64,000 nucleotides of DNA from Hypanus sabinus (taxonomy: Eukaryota), in the NCBI RefSeq assembly GCF_030144855.1, contig NC_082735.1, forward strand, positions 31,372,001-31,436,000, in the 5' to 3' direction. Position numbers and translations under genes: made by a program. The notes beneath the pieces are model-generated. The model searched no databases. It was given only the letters and a program-made list of their open reading frames with translations, and was not told where the DNA came from. Below, piece after piece: positions 12,414 through 24,597 of the stretch; position 1 is the stretch's first letter; each line of letters begins with the position of its first letter.

Positions 12414-13368
12414 CTTTGATAGACACTCGACGAATAAAACAAATTTTATCTTAAATATGTGAATAAATCCAGCAGCAAGTAAAAAGACAGACTTGCCCTA
12501 AATGCCAAAATCATTGAATTAGTTATTCAATGATTATTAATATTCCCAAGAGAAAGTGAAATAAACACAAAGAAAAATATAGATTATGCTGATAAGGGTA
12601 ATAAAAAAGTTTGGAGGAATCGCAATTATATTAGTATAGACCACTTGAGCCAAATAGTTAATTACTCTGCAATTTCAGCAGCATTGACAATTTGAACTAT
12701 TGTTCGAAAATAATTTATAACCAGAGGAATGCAGTAAACAATTCTCGACATTTAAATGAAAGTAAAATTACAAGAGAGAACCCATAAATTTCTCCAATTT
12801 AAAGATTTTAACCAATTAGAAAGAAAGAAAAAAAGCAATATCAAATAAAATAGAGAGCCGACAATATATCTACCGATAGAAAGCAGCTGTCAACGTGGAT
12901 GGAAAGAAAGAATTTTCAGGAGAACGGAGTAACAATTGTTAACCATAGTAGGGAAATTGCCGGGGGGTGGGACACACATCTCTCTTCCTAAAGAGAAACC
13001 ACGGGGCTTCTATTTTCATCAACATTATTTTTTTTACCTAGAGATGAGGAGCCAACATTTTTCCCTCACCGAAAGAGTAAGATCTTTTTTTCCTGAGCAA
13101 AAGAAAGTAGCTTACATGCTTTGATGTACACTCAACGAATAAAACAAATTTTATCTTAAATATGTGAAGATATGTGAATAAATCCAGCAGAAAATAGAAA
13201 GTCAGGCTTGCCCTAATTACCAAAATCATTGGTAATTAGATAAAGTTAATATTTCCAAGAGAAAGTAAAATGAACACAAGGAAATATATAAGAGTAATAA
13301 AAATGTTTGGGGGAATTGCAATTTATTAATATAGACCACTTGAGCCAAATAGTTATTCTGCAATTTCA
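12414..13368. repeat. ~260-bp diverged direct duplication (12414-12677 and 13119-13368)
   Basis: Both copies run from CTTTGAT..ACACTC.ACGAATAAAACAAATTTTATCTTAAATATGTGAA to TATAGACCACTTGAGCCAAATAGTTA..CTGCAATTTCA, with scattered substitutions and indels. Confidence 0.85.
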
Positions 13369-13622
13369 ATTTTATTTTGTAGAAGCAACAATCGTTTTGT
13401 GCAAAGATTTATCTACAAAGTAGAGCAATAATTTTCACGCGGAGAACGCATCTTTGCTGAGAGGGTGCACCAACAGGTTTTGAGTTGGAGGAGGGGAGGG
13501 TGGGGCGCGGAGAGGTCGTGCCTTTGGTAGGAGGAGGGCGCGCTGATCCCATCCTCGGCTCCGGCCTCGGCGTGTGCCAGTGCCCAGTGCCGGCCTCCGG
13601 GCCCAGCCTGCCCGCCGCCCCT

Positions 13623-13778
13623 ATGCAGTACGTGCCGCCGCAAAGCGCGAAAGCCCACCCCGCTCAACTCGTCCCCCCTCAATTCGGCTACGTGATCCTG
13701 GTGTTCATTTACAGCTGGGTCATGCTGGCTTACCTGGGAGCCAAAGTGGGCTTAGCCAGGAAGAAGTACAACGTCAAG
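13623..13778 (+). CDS. MGST3: Microsomal glutathione S-transferase 3 (mgst3b-type) exon 1
   Basis: Lies in a CpG island. Encodes MQYVPPQSAKAHPAQLVPPQFGYVILVFIYSWVMLAYLGAKVGLARKKYNVK, with donor AAG|gtaagg. FGYVI..YSWVM..L..KVG.ARKKY matches fish mgst3b as recalled. Confidence 0.9.
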
Positions 13779-14063
13779 GTAAGGAGGAATCAACACCCTT
13801 TCTAGGGTTAACTGCATTCCAAGAGTCAGAGTTTGGATCTGTTTCTTTATCAGCTGAAGGTTTTCAGCAAACACTCTTCTGGTTGTGTTGCTTGTCCATC
13901 CGTTGCCTATCCACCTGGTTAAAATGTGAAGATCCTTTGAATTTTCTCGTGGGTTTTGGTTCCTGAAGTTGGAGGAAGGCTTCCTCTTGGTGACAAGGCC
14001 CGTGGCTCCATTTTCTCAAGGGGGAGACTTCCACAACTATAAATTTTCATCAAAATATACGTA

Positions 14064-16037
14064 CAGTGCCTTGAAAGGGTATTTAGCCCCCTCCCATCCT
14101 TTGCTCACATAAATTAGTATTACAACCAGGGATTTTGATTAATTTAACTGAGAAGTGTTATTTGTGAATCATATGCTCCTTTCTTCACAATAGAGCCCCA
14201 AATTAAAAATACAGAAAGTTGTAAAGCATGAAAATCTAAAACTTGAAAAACCGAAATATCTGTTGTTCAGAAAGTATTCATCCCCCATTGCTCAACACTT
14301 AGTTGAACCAGCTCTCGAGGATATCTCAGACAGCAGTCATTTTGGATAAGTCTCTGTTAGCTTTGCACAATGTGATGGAACAAGATTTGTCCATTATTCC
14401 TCGCAAAATTGCTCAAACTGTGCCAGGCTTGTTGGGGGGTGTTGGTGGACAGCAGTCTTGAGGTCCTGCCAGAGATGTTTGATCAGGTTACGGTCAAGAC
14501 TGACTGGGTCACTCAAGGACATCAATGTCCTTCCATTCCACTTTCTTCCACTTGAAGCCACAATATGGTTGTTCTGGCCTGCTGAAAGACTAACTCCAAT
14601 CCCAGTTAAAGCTTTCTGACAGAGGCTATAATTTTTTATTACCCAGGATCTCTCTGTATTTAGCAGTGTTCATCTTCCATCAATCCTGACCGGATCTCCA
14701 CTCCCTGCTGCTGAAAAGCATCCCCATAGCATGATGCTACCTCGACCATACTTTACAGTAGGGATGGTGTTACTTGGCTGATGCACAGTATTGGATTTAC
14801 ACCACACATACAGCTTAGTGTTGAGGTCAAAAAGTTCCACTTTAGTCTCGTGCAACCTGAAGATCTTCCACATCTTTATAGTATCTTCTAAGTGATGCTT
14901 TGAAAGCCTTTATGGACAAGCATATATATTTTTTAAAGCCAGGACTTCTTCCTTGCCACTCTTCCACAAATTCCCTTTTTGTGCAAGGCCTTAGAGATGA
15001 GAGGTGACCTAATAGAGGTGTATAAGATGATGAGAGGCATTGATCATGTGGATAGTCAGAGGCTTTTCCCCAGGGCTGAAATGGCTAGCACGAGAGGGCA
15101 CAGTTTTAAGGTGCTTGGAAGTAGGTACAGAGGAGATGTCAGGGGTAAGTTTTTGTTTTTACGCAGAGAGTGGTGAGTGCGTGGAATGGGCTGCCAGCGA
15201 CGGTGGTGGAGGCAGATACGATAGGGTCTCTTAAGAGAATCCTGGACAGGTACATGGAGCTCAGAAAAATAAAGGGCTATGGATATCCCAAGGTAATTTC
15301 TAATGTAAGAACATGTTTGGCACAGCTTTGTGGACTGAAGGGCCTGTATTGTGCTGTAGGTTTTCTATGTTTCTAGATTGTGGAGCCATGAAATGGAGTC
15401 ATCTCCAGTTGCAGCCATTGTCTTCTGCATCTCACTCAGAGTGACTGTTGGCATCACAGTAGCCTCTCTTACAAGTCTATTCTTCTCCAGCAACTAAGTT
15501 TAGAGGTGCAGCCTGACCTAGGCAGTGTGGCTGTGGTTTCACATTTTTCCACAATGAATTGCACTGAGCTCCAAGGCGCTGAGTTCAGTGCCTTTGCAAT
15601 GGTCTTGTGCCCATCTCCAGATTAGTGCTTCTCTGTTATTTCTCTGACTTGCCTTTCTCTTTTCTCTTCATTTTGGTTTTGTCTGTTGAATATCTACTGT
15701 GCTATTGGACCTTACAGAAAGAGGGGTATTTATTCAGGCGATCCTCCAAATCTCTGTATCAACAGATTGGGTGAGTTGATAAAGTTGTGTGCAGTATATT
15801 GCACCTGAGCAAAGTCAGTGGAGTAATTACAAAGGGGATGTATGCTTCACCATTTTGATTTTTGGATTTTTAGTATGTCATTGATAGGTTTTGGGGATTT
15901 TTCTTTTGATTTGATATGATGCACAATGTTTTGTAGATTAGCTCAAAAAGTTATACTTAAATATGTTTTAAATTTAGAAAATGAGACAGTAAAATGTGAA
16001 AGTAGTTGTGGGGGCTGAACACCTTTTCAAGCTACTG
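14064..16037 (-). mobile_element. Decayed Tc1/mariner DNA transposon with nested CR1 fragment
   Basis: Imperfect TIRs CAGTGCCTTGAAAGGGTATTTAGCCCCC / GGGGGCTGAACACCTTTTCAAGCTACTG, TA at the left end. Transposase remnant ETKVELF...[17 protein letters not shown] on minus. Confidence 0.85.
14992..15376 (+). mobile_element. CR1 LINE 3' end inserted into the Tc1 element
   Basis: RGDLIEVYKMMRGID...TRGHSFK...WNGLP is a CR1 RT C-terminus. It ends in a (TTTCTATG)-like tail. Confidence 0.85.
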
Positions 16038-16360
16038 TGGGCTACAAATTGCTGATTTTCTCAAGTTTTGAACACAAGTGGTATTTAAAATTCTTTAGCT
16101 AAAATTATCAGGGAGAAGTAATCAGGATATGGTCATACATTTGCTATTAATTATTTATTACTCACAAAGTCCTAATTATTCCCTCCTCATATGTTTAAAA
16201 ATCACAAAAGACTATCCATTTTGGATAGAGGCATTCTGTGCACCTAAATTGCTTTTGCTTGACTCCAGGATCGTGACTGTTATTTTGTGGTCTAATTACA
16301 GTAATATTTGCAGATTTTCTGATTATTTCAATTTATCTGTTTGTTTCTATTTTCTACGTA

Positions 16361-16570
16361 ACCATATAACCATATAACAATTACAGCACGGAAACAGGCC
16401 ATCTCGGCCCTTCTAGTCCGCGCCAAACGCTTACTCTCACCTAGTCCCACTGGCCTGCACTCAGCCCATAACCCTCCATTCCTTTCCTGTCTATATACTA
16501 TCCAATTTTACTTTAAATGACAATACCAAACCTGCCTCTACCACTTCTACTGGAAGCTCGTTCCACACTA
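16361..16570 (-). mobile_element. CR1 LINE 3' tail
   Basis: Reverse complement of the tail at 58100-58228, including the (TTATATGG)n terminal repeat. Confidence 0.75.
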
Positions 16571-18542
16571 CCTTCAATTTTGAACATTTTTACCAATATT
16601 AGCTGCCTGGGATCTGGTGGTTTTTTTCGATCCCCAGGTTCATTTAGACATCCAAGAATGTGTAAAAACTTATTGCTTCATGATTGTTAATTTTAAAGTT
16701 TAAACAAAGGAACAGACGCAGAATATATATGAAACCAAAGATCCTCAGGAAAAGACAAAGAACAAGATGGTGATACTTGCAGAGCCTGACGGTTTTGTAC
16801 TTAAGTTAATACAAATTCCTGAAATAAGGAAGAACCAGTTAAAAGATACAGTCACAGCATGTGTCATATGCTAACACTTAGCCAATGAAAAATGAGCGAA
16901 CTTATGAAACTGCTTTACCCCCTTTCCACCAGTAGACGGAGCCAAACACTACATAATTGTGAAAATATACTTGTTAAAAAATACAGATTGTGTTGGTAAA
17001 ACCGACAATTTTAGTCTTGCTAAAAATCTTGTTAAAAGCACAAAAAACAACCAATTCCAACAGCTGCATCCTATGTTCTGTTAATGGGTAACTCATTTTT
17101 ATTTTAGACAATCCAATATTTGCAAACCATTCTCCAGTTTCTTTACCTACTTCACCAATTTTGCTATCATCTTTTCACTTCTGCCATTTCAACAAATGCT
17201 ACTTATAGTTGCTTGAATATTTTTAATTATTTTTGTTCACTTTTAGGGAGTGTTATCAAAGGTTCAAAGGTTGAATTTAATATCAGAGAAATGTATACAA
17301 TATACATCCTGAAATGCTGTTCCACAAAAACAGAGAAGTGCCCCAAAGAATGAACGAAAGTTAGACATGAGATCCTAAAGTCCCCCCCAGCACATAAGCG
17401 GCAGCAAAGCAATGATTATGTTGTCATATTAGGTCTTTATAATCCCTATCATCAGCACGTGCTGTGTCACATGATGTGGGCGATCATGGTTACCATGAAT
17501 GTTATTGGCAAATTTTGTTTTCTACAAAAGTGGTTTGCTATTGCCTTCTTCTAGGCAGTGTCTTTACAAGATGTTTACCCCCCCCCCCCCCCCCCATCCC
17601 AGCCATTATCAATAATTTTCAGAGATTGTCTGCCTTGCATCAGGGGTCACATAACTTTTCCAGAAATCGTGCCTCTTGGTTCTGCTTAGTCAGAAAAAAA
17701 CTCTTCAATCTCACCTGTTAAATCTTGTAGTAATTGTATAAATTACAAGGTATTTCTCATTCATATAAAATACAATACCATATTACTCAATCTCTCCTGT
17801 CAAACCTGCCATCCCACAATCATTCTAGTGAGCTGTCGCTCTTCCCTTTCAGGCAAGTACTTTGTTTCATCCAACAGAGCACATGTTTTGATCTACTGAT
17901 TGATTCATTTGATTTAATTAATCTGCTTAATCCTTTAAATTCATATCTTCACTGTTGTCATTACCAAACCCCTCAACAAAATTCACATCTGTATATTATT
18001 TGGCAATGTATTTAGAAACATTTATTGAAGAATAATATATTATTTGTGGGTGGCTGGGTGGAGATGCATGGTGCTGCCTCCCTCCAGTAACCTGCAGGTC
18101 ACCCTTGGGTAGCACCTGCTTAGCCCCCCTCCCCAAACAGGGTCACGTGGAGCCATGGGAACAGGTGGTGGATGATCATATGAATGCATAGCACAAGTCC
18201 TGGTTATGCAACCACTGATGCTAGACAGACAGTCTCGGAAGAGATTTGGTAATGGCCCGTCTTGTAAAGAAACTACCCATAAGAAGGCGATAGCAAACCA
18301 CTTCTGAAGAAAAAGCTGGCCAAGGACAATCATGGTCTCGTTGAAAGACAATGATCGCCCACGTCATACAACAAGGCTCAGAGTGAATGAACAAATGCTA
18401 TGTTATTTGAAATGGAACTTGTGTGGATTAATTTTCCATCGGTGAACATTGAAGATGGATTTTTGAAGCTGAGGCATTCGCAGAGGTTTTGGGACTGTGT
18501 TTATTATTGGTTTTGTGACAGTATCTTCCAATTTCCTTCCAG

Positions 18543-18665
18543 TATCCAAACATGTACAGTGATAAAGAACCCATATTCAACTGCATCCAACATGCACATC
18601 AAAACACATTGGAGATATATCCTCAATGGCTGATCTTCCAACTGATAGCTGGAGTTGTCTATCCG
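18543..18665 (+). CDS. MGST3: MGST3 exon 2
   Basis: ttccag| acceptor and |gtaag donor, phase 0-0. Encodes YPNMYSDKEPIFNCIQHAHQNTLEIYPQWLIFQLIAGVVYP, the MAPEG FNCIQxAHQNTLE motif. Confidence 0.96.
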
Positions 18666-19779
18666 GTAAGAAAATGGCAGTGTGGTTAATGGGGATATTC
18701 TGCCATATATAATCTCATTGCTGTTTCCAGGTAGGTGATAGGTATTACAGTATAATTTCTTCAGCTTTTATCTAAAGCTTTTCCTTACTTCCAGCCCATA
18801 ATGCCACTAGTGTTTAGAGCAGCAATGAAGGTCCTACATCTCTGGTGGTGGTCTTCATGTCATTATCTTCCTCTTGGTTGTCAGTCATGCAAGCCAAGGG
18901 TGGAGTCTCAGGAATACCATCATTCTCAGATTTAGAAGGAATCTTCATTGCTGTTTCCATAACAATTTTGGTTGGCCAGTCAGGGTTGTTGTCCTTGAGC
19001 TGATTTCCCCCAAACCTGGGGGACCAGTGGACCACCCTTAGTCCGGTCTCTACCTTTTGACCTGTTTGGCATGGGCATGGGTGACCTTGCCAAGTGCCAA
19101 ACCATAACCAGCCAACTTATCTCTCAGGGTCATTAAGGCACGCAGGACTCCAAACCACAACACAAACAAGGCTGTGGTTCTCTTGAAGCATCTAAAGGTC
19201 CACAAGGTTTAAATCAGGGTGTAACTAACATAGCCTTTCTCCCAAAAATGGAAGTGATATTTTGAACATGTATACTCATTAAAACTTTACCATGCAGAAT
19301 CCTAGGAGAATGGGGAAGTGTCTGAGAGTCGAGTTAAATATCTTTTCACATAATTTACAATCCTAAAGATTGTAAAATGAGGGAAACAAAAGACAGTATT
19401 CTGTAGTACTTGTCAATGAGTATTACTCAGCAGGCAAGAAAAAAACACAAGCATTGTGTAACAACAACAGATGTCCAAATATTTCTTTAAGTGTTGCACC
19501 CGTTTGTCGAGTCCTCGTGAAATCCCTATTGTGACTGATATCTATGAAAAAATATAGATTTACAAGAAATTTTACTCTTAAGTGTTGTATACTTACATCT
19601 GAATAAGTAACATTAGTCTTTAAAATATGATTTTTGTAAAATTCTGAGTAGCAACTTTCAGTACAAGAACAAAAGCTGTAAAATGTTAGTAAGTAAACAA
19701 TATTTATTGAATATATTAAGTCTTTCTTAATGTTTCTCACATTGAACATAGGGATAATTTCATATTTAATATTTCACAG

Positions 19780-19852
19780 ATCACTGCTTCTGTGCTTGGT
19801 GTCATTTGGGTAACCAGTCGATTTACTTATGCATGGGGATATTACACAGGGG
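19780..19852 (+). CDS. MGST3: MGST3 exon 3
   Basis: ttcacag| acceptor and |gtagg donor. Encodes ITASVLGVIWVTSRFTYAWGYYTG (R..Y..GY motif). Confidence 0.96.
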
Positions 19853-20730
19853 GTAGGTATTATGTAAATTGTCTCTGTACAAATATCACTGTTAAATATT
19901 CAATAGATTAATGAATTCATTTAATAATGTTAAAATACAATACCATAATGCCAGCAGGAAAAAAAGATGCAATTTTTGCGTCATAGGACTCAAACTTAGC
20001 AAAGTACAATGTTCAAGTACAATGTTAATTCAGCAGGTGCATCCACATTCAGCAAAGAAATCTTTTAGCAATATCATTTGAGGGAGGAATCTAGAAAATA
20101 ACCAAGATTGTTAATACCTATCAAAACCAATGGATCATTTTAACTATATCTCAACATAGCATCTCTTAGAAAGGATGAGCAATGCAGCAATAAGAGCCAA
20201 AGTTCTGCAAGAAAGTTGGAATTTACTTACCGACGCAAAGGTAGGCTTTACCAACCAGTGAACACTGTCATCTAGAGTCAGTGTAAAGAGGAAATGAAGC
20301 AGCAAGAAGTGTTTTTATATCCAAAATTATAAAGAAAGTGACATCGTTTGGTGTCGGTCAAAACGGAGGTAAAAACTTAACAAATATGGTTCTTAGTTTC
20401 AGAAAAGTTAACACAAGAAAAACACATTTAATATGGTAAGACTCTTAACAGTGTTGATGAGCAGAGGAATCTGGGGGTCCAAGTTCATAGCTCCCTGAAA
20501 GTGGGTACACAGGTTGATAGGGTGGGTAAGAAGGTATATGGTGCGCTTTATTAGTCGAGGCATTGAGTTCAAAAGTTAGGAGGTTATTTTACAACTTTAT
20601 AAAACTAATTAGGCCATACCTGGTGTGTTGCATGGAGTTCTGGTCACCTCAATATAGGAAGGATGTTGAAGCTTTGGAGAGGGTGCAGAAGAGGTTCACC
20701 AGGATGCGGCCAGGATTATTTATTTCAATT

Positions 20731-21575
20731 TGAATTGACTATTTCTTACATCTTTCACGTACATGAGTAAAAATCTTCACGTTACATCTCCATCTAACTG
20801 TGCAATCTAGTAATTTATAATAAATAGAACAGTCAGTGCGAGCACACTCAAATCAGCATGAGTTTCAGTCTGATGGAAGAAGCTGTCCCGGAGTCTGTTG
20901 GTCCTCGCTTTTATGCTGTGGTTCCGCTTCCTGGATGGTAGCAGCTGGAATAGATTGTGGTTGGGATGGCTTGGGTCTCCATTGGTCCTGCAAGCCCTTT
21001 TTTACACACCTGTCCTTGTAAATGTCCTGAATCATGGGAAGTTCACAATTACAGATGCACTGAGCTGTCCGCACCACTCTGCAGAGTCCTGCGATTAAAG
21101 GAGGTACAGTTCCCATACCAGTCAGGATGCTCTCAATTGTGCCCCTATAGAAAGCTCTTAGGATTTTGGGACCCATACCAAACTAACTCAACCGTCTGAG
21201 GGAAAGAGGCGCTGTTGTGCCTTTTTCACCACACAGCTGGTGTGTACAGACGTGAGATTCTCGGTGATGTGGATGCCGAGGAACCCTCTCAACCCCAGGT
21301 CCATCGATGTCAATAGGGGTTAGCCCATCTCCATTCCTCCTATAATCCACAACCAGCTCCTTTGTTTTAGCGATACTGAGGGAGAGGCTGTTTTCTCAAC
21401 ACCAGTGTGTCAGAGAGATGACTTCTTCCCTGTAGGCCACCTTGTTATTGTTTGAGGTAAGGCCAATCAATGTAGTGTTGACAGCAAACTTAATTAACAG
21501 ATTGGAGCTGTGGGTGGCAACACAGTCATGGGTATACAGGGAGTAAAGGAGGAGATTCAGTATGCAGCCAGGAGG
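20731..21575 (-). mobile_element. Rex1/Babar-type LINE 3' fragment
   Basis: Frameshifted RT remnants LLIKFAVNTTLIG and KILRAFYRGTIESILTG, plus a 3' UTR shared with the copy flanking the Tc1 at 46.2/47.9 kb. Confidence 0.8.
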
Positions 21576-22419
21576 GGGCATGTAATATAACAAGAGATTG
21601 GATGAACTTGGGTATTCTTCTCCAGAACAGTGGCAGCTGAGGAGAGATCTGATAGAGGTTTATAAGATTAAGCAGCAGAGAGCAGATGTGTCTCTACCAA
21701 AGTATGAGGCTCTCCTTCTCTCCACTGGCCAGCAGGTCACCCTTGGGGAAGGTGTAGCACCTGCTTAGTACCCCCCTCCTGATCAGAGACACGTGAAGCC
21801 ATGGCATCATGTGGTGGACAGTCAATATGAGCAGCTGGTTCACATCACTAGTCCTGGTTATGCGATCACTGATGCCAGGCAGACATTCTCTGAAGAGTAT
21901 TGATAATGCTTGGGGTCACCTGTCTTGTAAAGACACTGCCCAGAAGAAAACAACGGCAAACCACTTCTGTAGAAAAATTTGCCAAGAACACTCATGGTCA
22001 TGGGAAGACCATGATTTCGCACATAATGAACAAATGAATGTAAGTAAGTGTAATGAAAAGGTGAAATTCATCATCTATCTCCAGAGATTATCACTGGTCA
22101 CACTGATCCAAACTGAGCACGTACAAATTATCCATTGGCTCTTATCCCTGCTTATTTCTTCCTTGTTTCAGCCAGATGGTTACTCCCAATTTCATGAGCT
22201 CTTATTTTGGTTTCCCTCCAACTTCCTGTATAACATTTGCCCATTCCCACCTCTGTAACATTGGCACTGGTAAACTGATATCACTTTGAAAGTATTAAGT
22301 TTTTTCTCAATACTAAAATGTCCATTTATTGGTCTTTTTGGTATCTACAAATACTTTTGGGTTATTTTTAATCTGTCCAGTTATTATTTATTTTCCTTTC
22401 CTAGTGTGCATGCTTAATA

Positions 22420-23377
22420 CAGTGGATTCCAATCAATTGGGACAGATCAAGAACAGTTTACTTTGGCCCATTAAAACAGCTGCCCCAATTAGATCAACTT
22501 TCATGGAAATATTTTTTTAAAAACCATTTAACTGGGTAACAGATTATGTATTTAACTAAAAAAAAACAGAACAAATTCGGACACTAATAATGCTACTACA
22601 GTGCTATAAATCTGTATTAGTTCCTAATAATTATCAATGGAGGAATTCATCCAGTGTAGACAAAATCATAGTCACCTCATGTAGATAACAGACTGCCTTC
22701 ATATAATCCTTTCATTTTTATTTTGATTTTTGATCTTTATTTTCATTGTAACATTCAAGATCGTTGATACCTTTTAAAACCTTCAGATAAATTTAAGGAT
22801 TTTTGTCGAATTCCTTGTGCTTGTTGAAGTAGTGAAATTGTTTATTATAAGGATCTACCCCTTCAGTAATAATGATCAGTGAAGCACAGAGAAATTCTAT
22901 ATACGGACAAGTAACCTTTATTGTCTCAACTAGAATGTTCATGGGTTCACAAAGTATTCCCTGGCCCTTCATGAACAGTTAATGAAGAGAAAAGGTATTA
23001 CCTGGGAGAGGAGTCTACAATGGCCAGGCATTCCTTATCTTCATGCTCCGATCTCCACATGTTGATGGGGTCCCCCACTTGTGTATTGGTTGTCACCTCT
23101 TGTAATAGTTTAATTTTCACTCCTGGACACTTCTGACATCTCCAAGCACGAATGCTTAAAACCAGTGACCAAAATAGTTCTTTATTTTCTTACTATTTCT
23201 CGCCAACTATCAGTGCTTTTTAAACACCTACACTCACAACTGACGGTATTTAAGTACTGTTCACTCTAAGCATGGCGTAGAGTCTAGTGGCCACACCAGA
23301 GCATATGACTGAAGCTTGTTGGCCCAAATAAGTGGCTGCCCCTATTAACCGATGGCCCAATGAACCAGAATCTACTG
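22420..23377. mobile_element. Non-autonomous Tigger/pogo-like DNA element
   Basis: TA-flanked imperfect TIRs CAGTGGATTCCAATCAATTGGGAC / GGCCCAATGAACCAGAATCTACTG, no intact ORF. Confidence 0.6.
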
Positions 23378-23644
23378 TATTTGTAATTGTGATTCTAGTT
23401 TTGCCAAACATTCACCAACCATTCTATAGCCTCTGATTCTTTACTCACTCTTTGGTCAGTATGTAGCTTCCAAAGGGTGATCTACAGAGTACACTGGTCC
23501 ACAAGCCATAAAGCTCCTATTTTCATACACCACCAACTATCCAGCATACACCATCTAAATCTTGCAATTCATATTTTAAAAAATAATTAAACTCTTTTAA
23601 GAATACAGATGATGGTTCATCCAGTGTCTGCTTTTTCTTCACAG

Positions 23645-23742
23645 TGCCAGAGAGAAGAATGACTGGGTCCTATGGATACATTGGCCTTCTGGGAGTCATC
23701 TTTCTGTCCATATTCATTGCTTTTAAAACCCTTGTTTCATAA
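23645..23742 (+). CDS. MGST3: MGST3 exon 4 (last coding)
   Basis: cttcacag| acceptor, phase 1 as required. Encodes (V)PERRMTGSYGYIGLLGVIFLSIFIAFKTLVS*. Joined protein is 149 aa. Confidence 0.94.
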
Positions 23743-24591
23743 GTGATAAAACTAGCACAATAATGGGTTGAGAAAGATATAAAAGAACAGTTGTCAGGCA
23801 TTCTACCTATCCAGCCATTTTGAAATGGACACCAGCTCCAAACTTCTTCCTGCTCCTTGTTTATCAATCGGTTTAAATATTGCCAACATGTGGTAGAGTT
23901 TTCTTCCAGCTATGTTAAGCACTGCTGTTGTATTTAATCAAATTGTGCACTGGGAAACAAGACTAACTTCCAGATTTCATTTTTAAAATAATCTTTAGGC
24001 AAATAACTGTTGCACCTTCTGCCCAAATATGAATTCTTTTACTTTTTAGCTAAATTCTGTGATTCTTGTTGAAGCAATATTGAACTGAGCTTAATATTTC
24101 TCATCTTTTAAGATGGTCACTAAAGTTATTTCAGAAATTTCAATCCAAGAGCCTCAGTTTATATTATGGGTTGAATTTAAATCTGACGAAAGATTGCAAG
24201 TAGAAAATATAGATGTACAGAACTCGTGAAAGAAGGTGAAGTTATAATTCAGCTGATAGGCACATAGACCATTGAAAGAGAAAGCTAGGCAAAGGCAAGG
24301 CTGTGATTCATCAATGAATGTCCTGACAATGCCAACTGAAATAAGTATACACTTTTCATATGTTCACTGACTTGTATATTACGTGTTTTGACAGATTTTC
24401 AACACCATTAAACGTTATCCATTTTAAACTTCATTCAAACCAAATAATGAAATAGCTTTAAGTATAATTTTGTCTTAAACTTCATGCGTCTTGTTGTAAA
24501 CATTCATCAGGATCCAACTAGTCAATTATTTCCTCAAAAGTGCATTTTTAATGTACAATTCTTGATGTGGTTGTTCCCAATTTAATTTCTA

Positions 24592-24597
24592 AATAAA
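24592..24597 (+). terminator. Candidate MGST3 polyadenylation signal
   Basis: AATAAA followed by a U/GU-rich tract (ttatttttgtggt). Confidence 0.45.

Noticed and set aside
13413-13966. Alternative ORFs and the upstream TTG-initiated extension at MGST3 exon 1
   Set aside because: CpG-island shadow ORFs. The first in-frame ATG is 13623.
22996-23030. TTACCTGGGAGAGGAGTCTACAATGGCCA resembles the 5' end of U1 snRNA
   Set aside because: Similarity ends after about 30 nt, with no Sm site or later U1 stem-loops. Likely chance.
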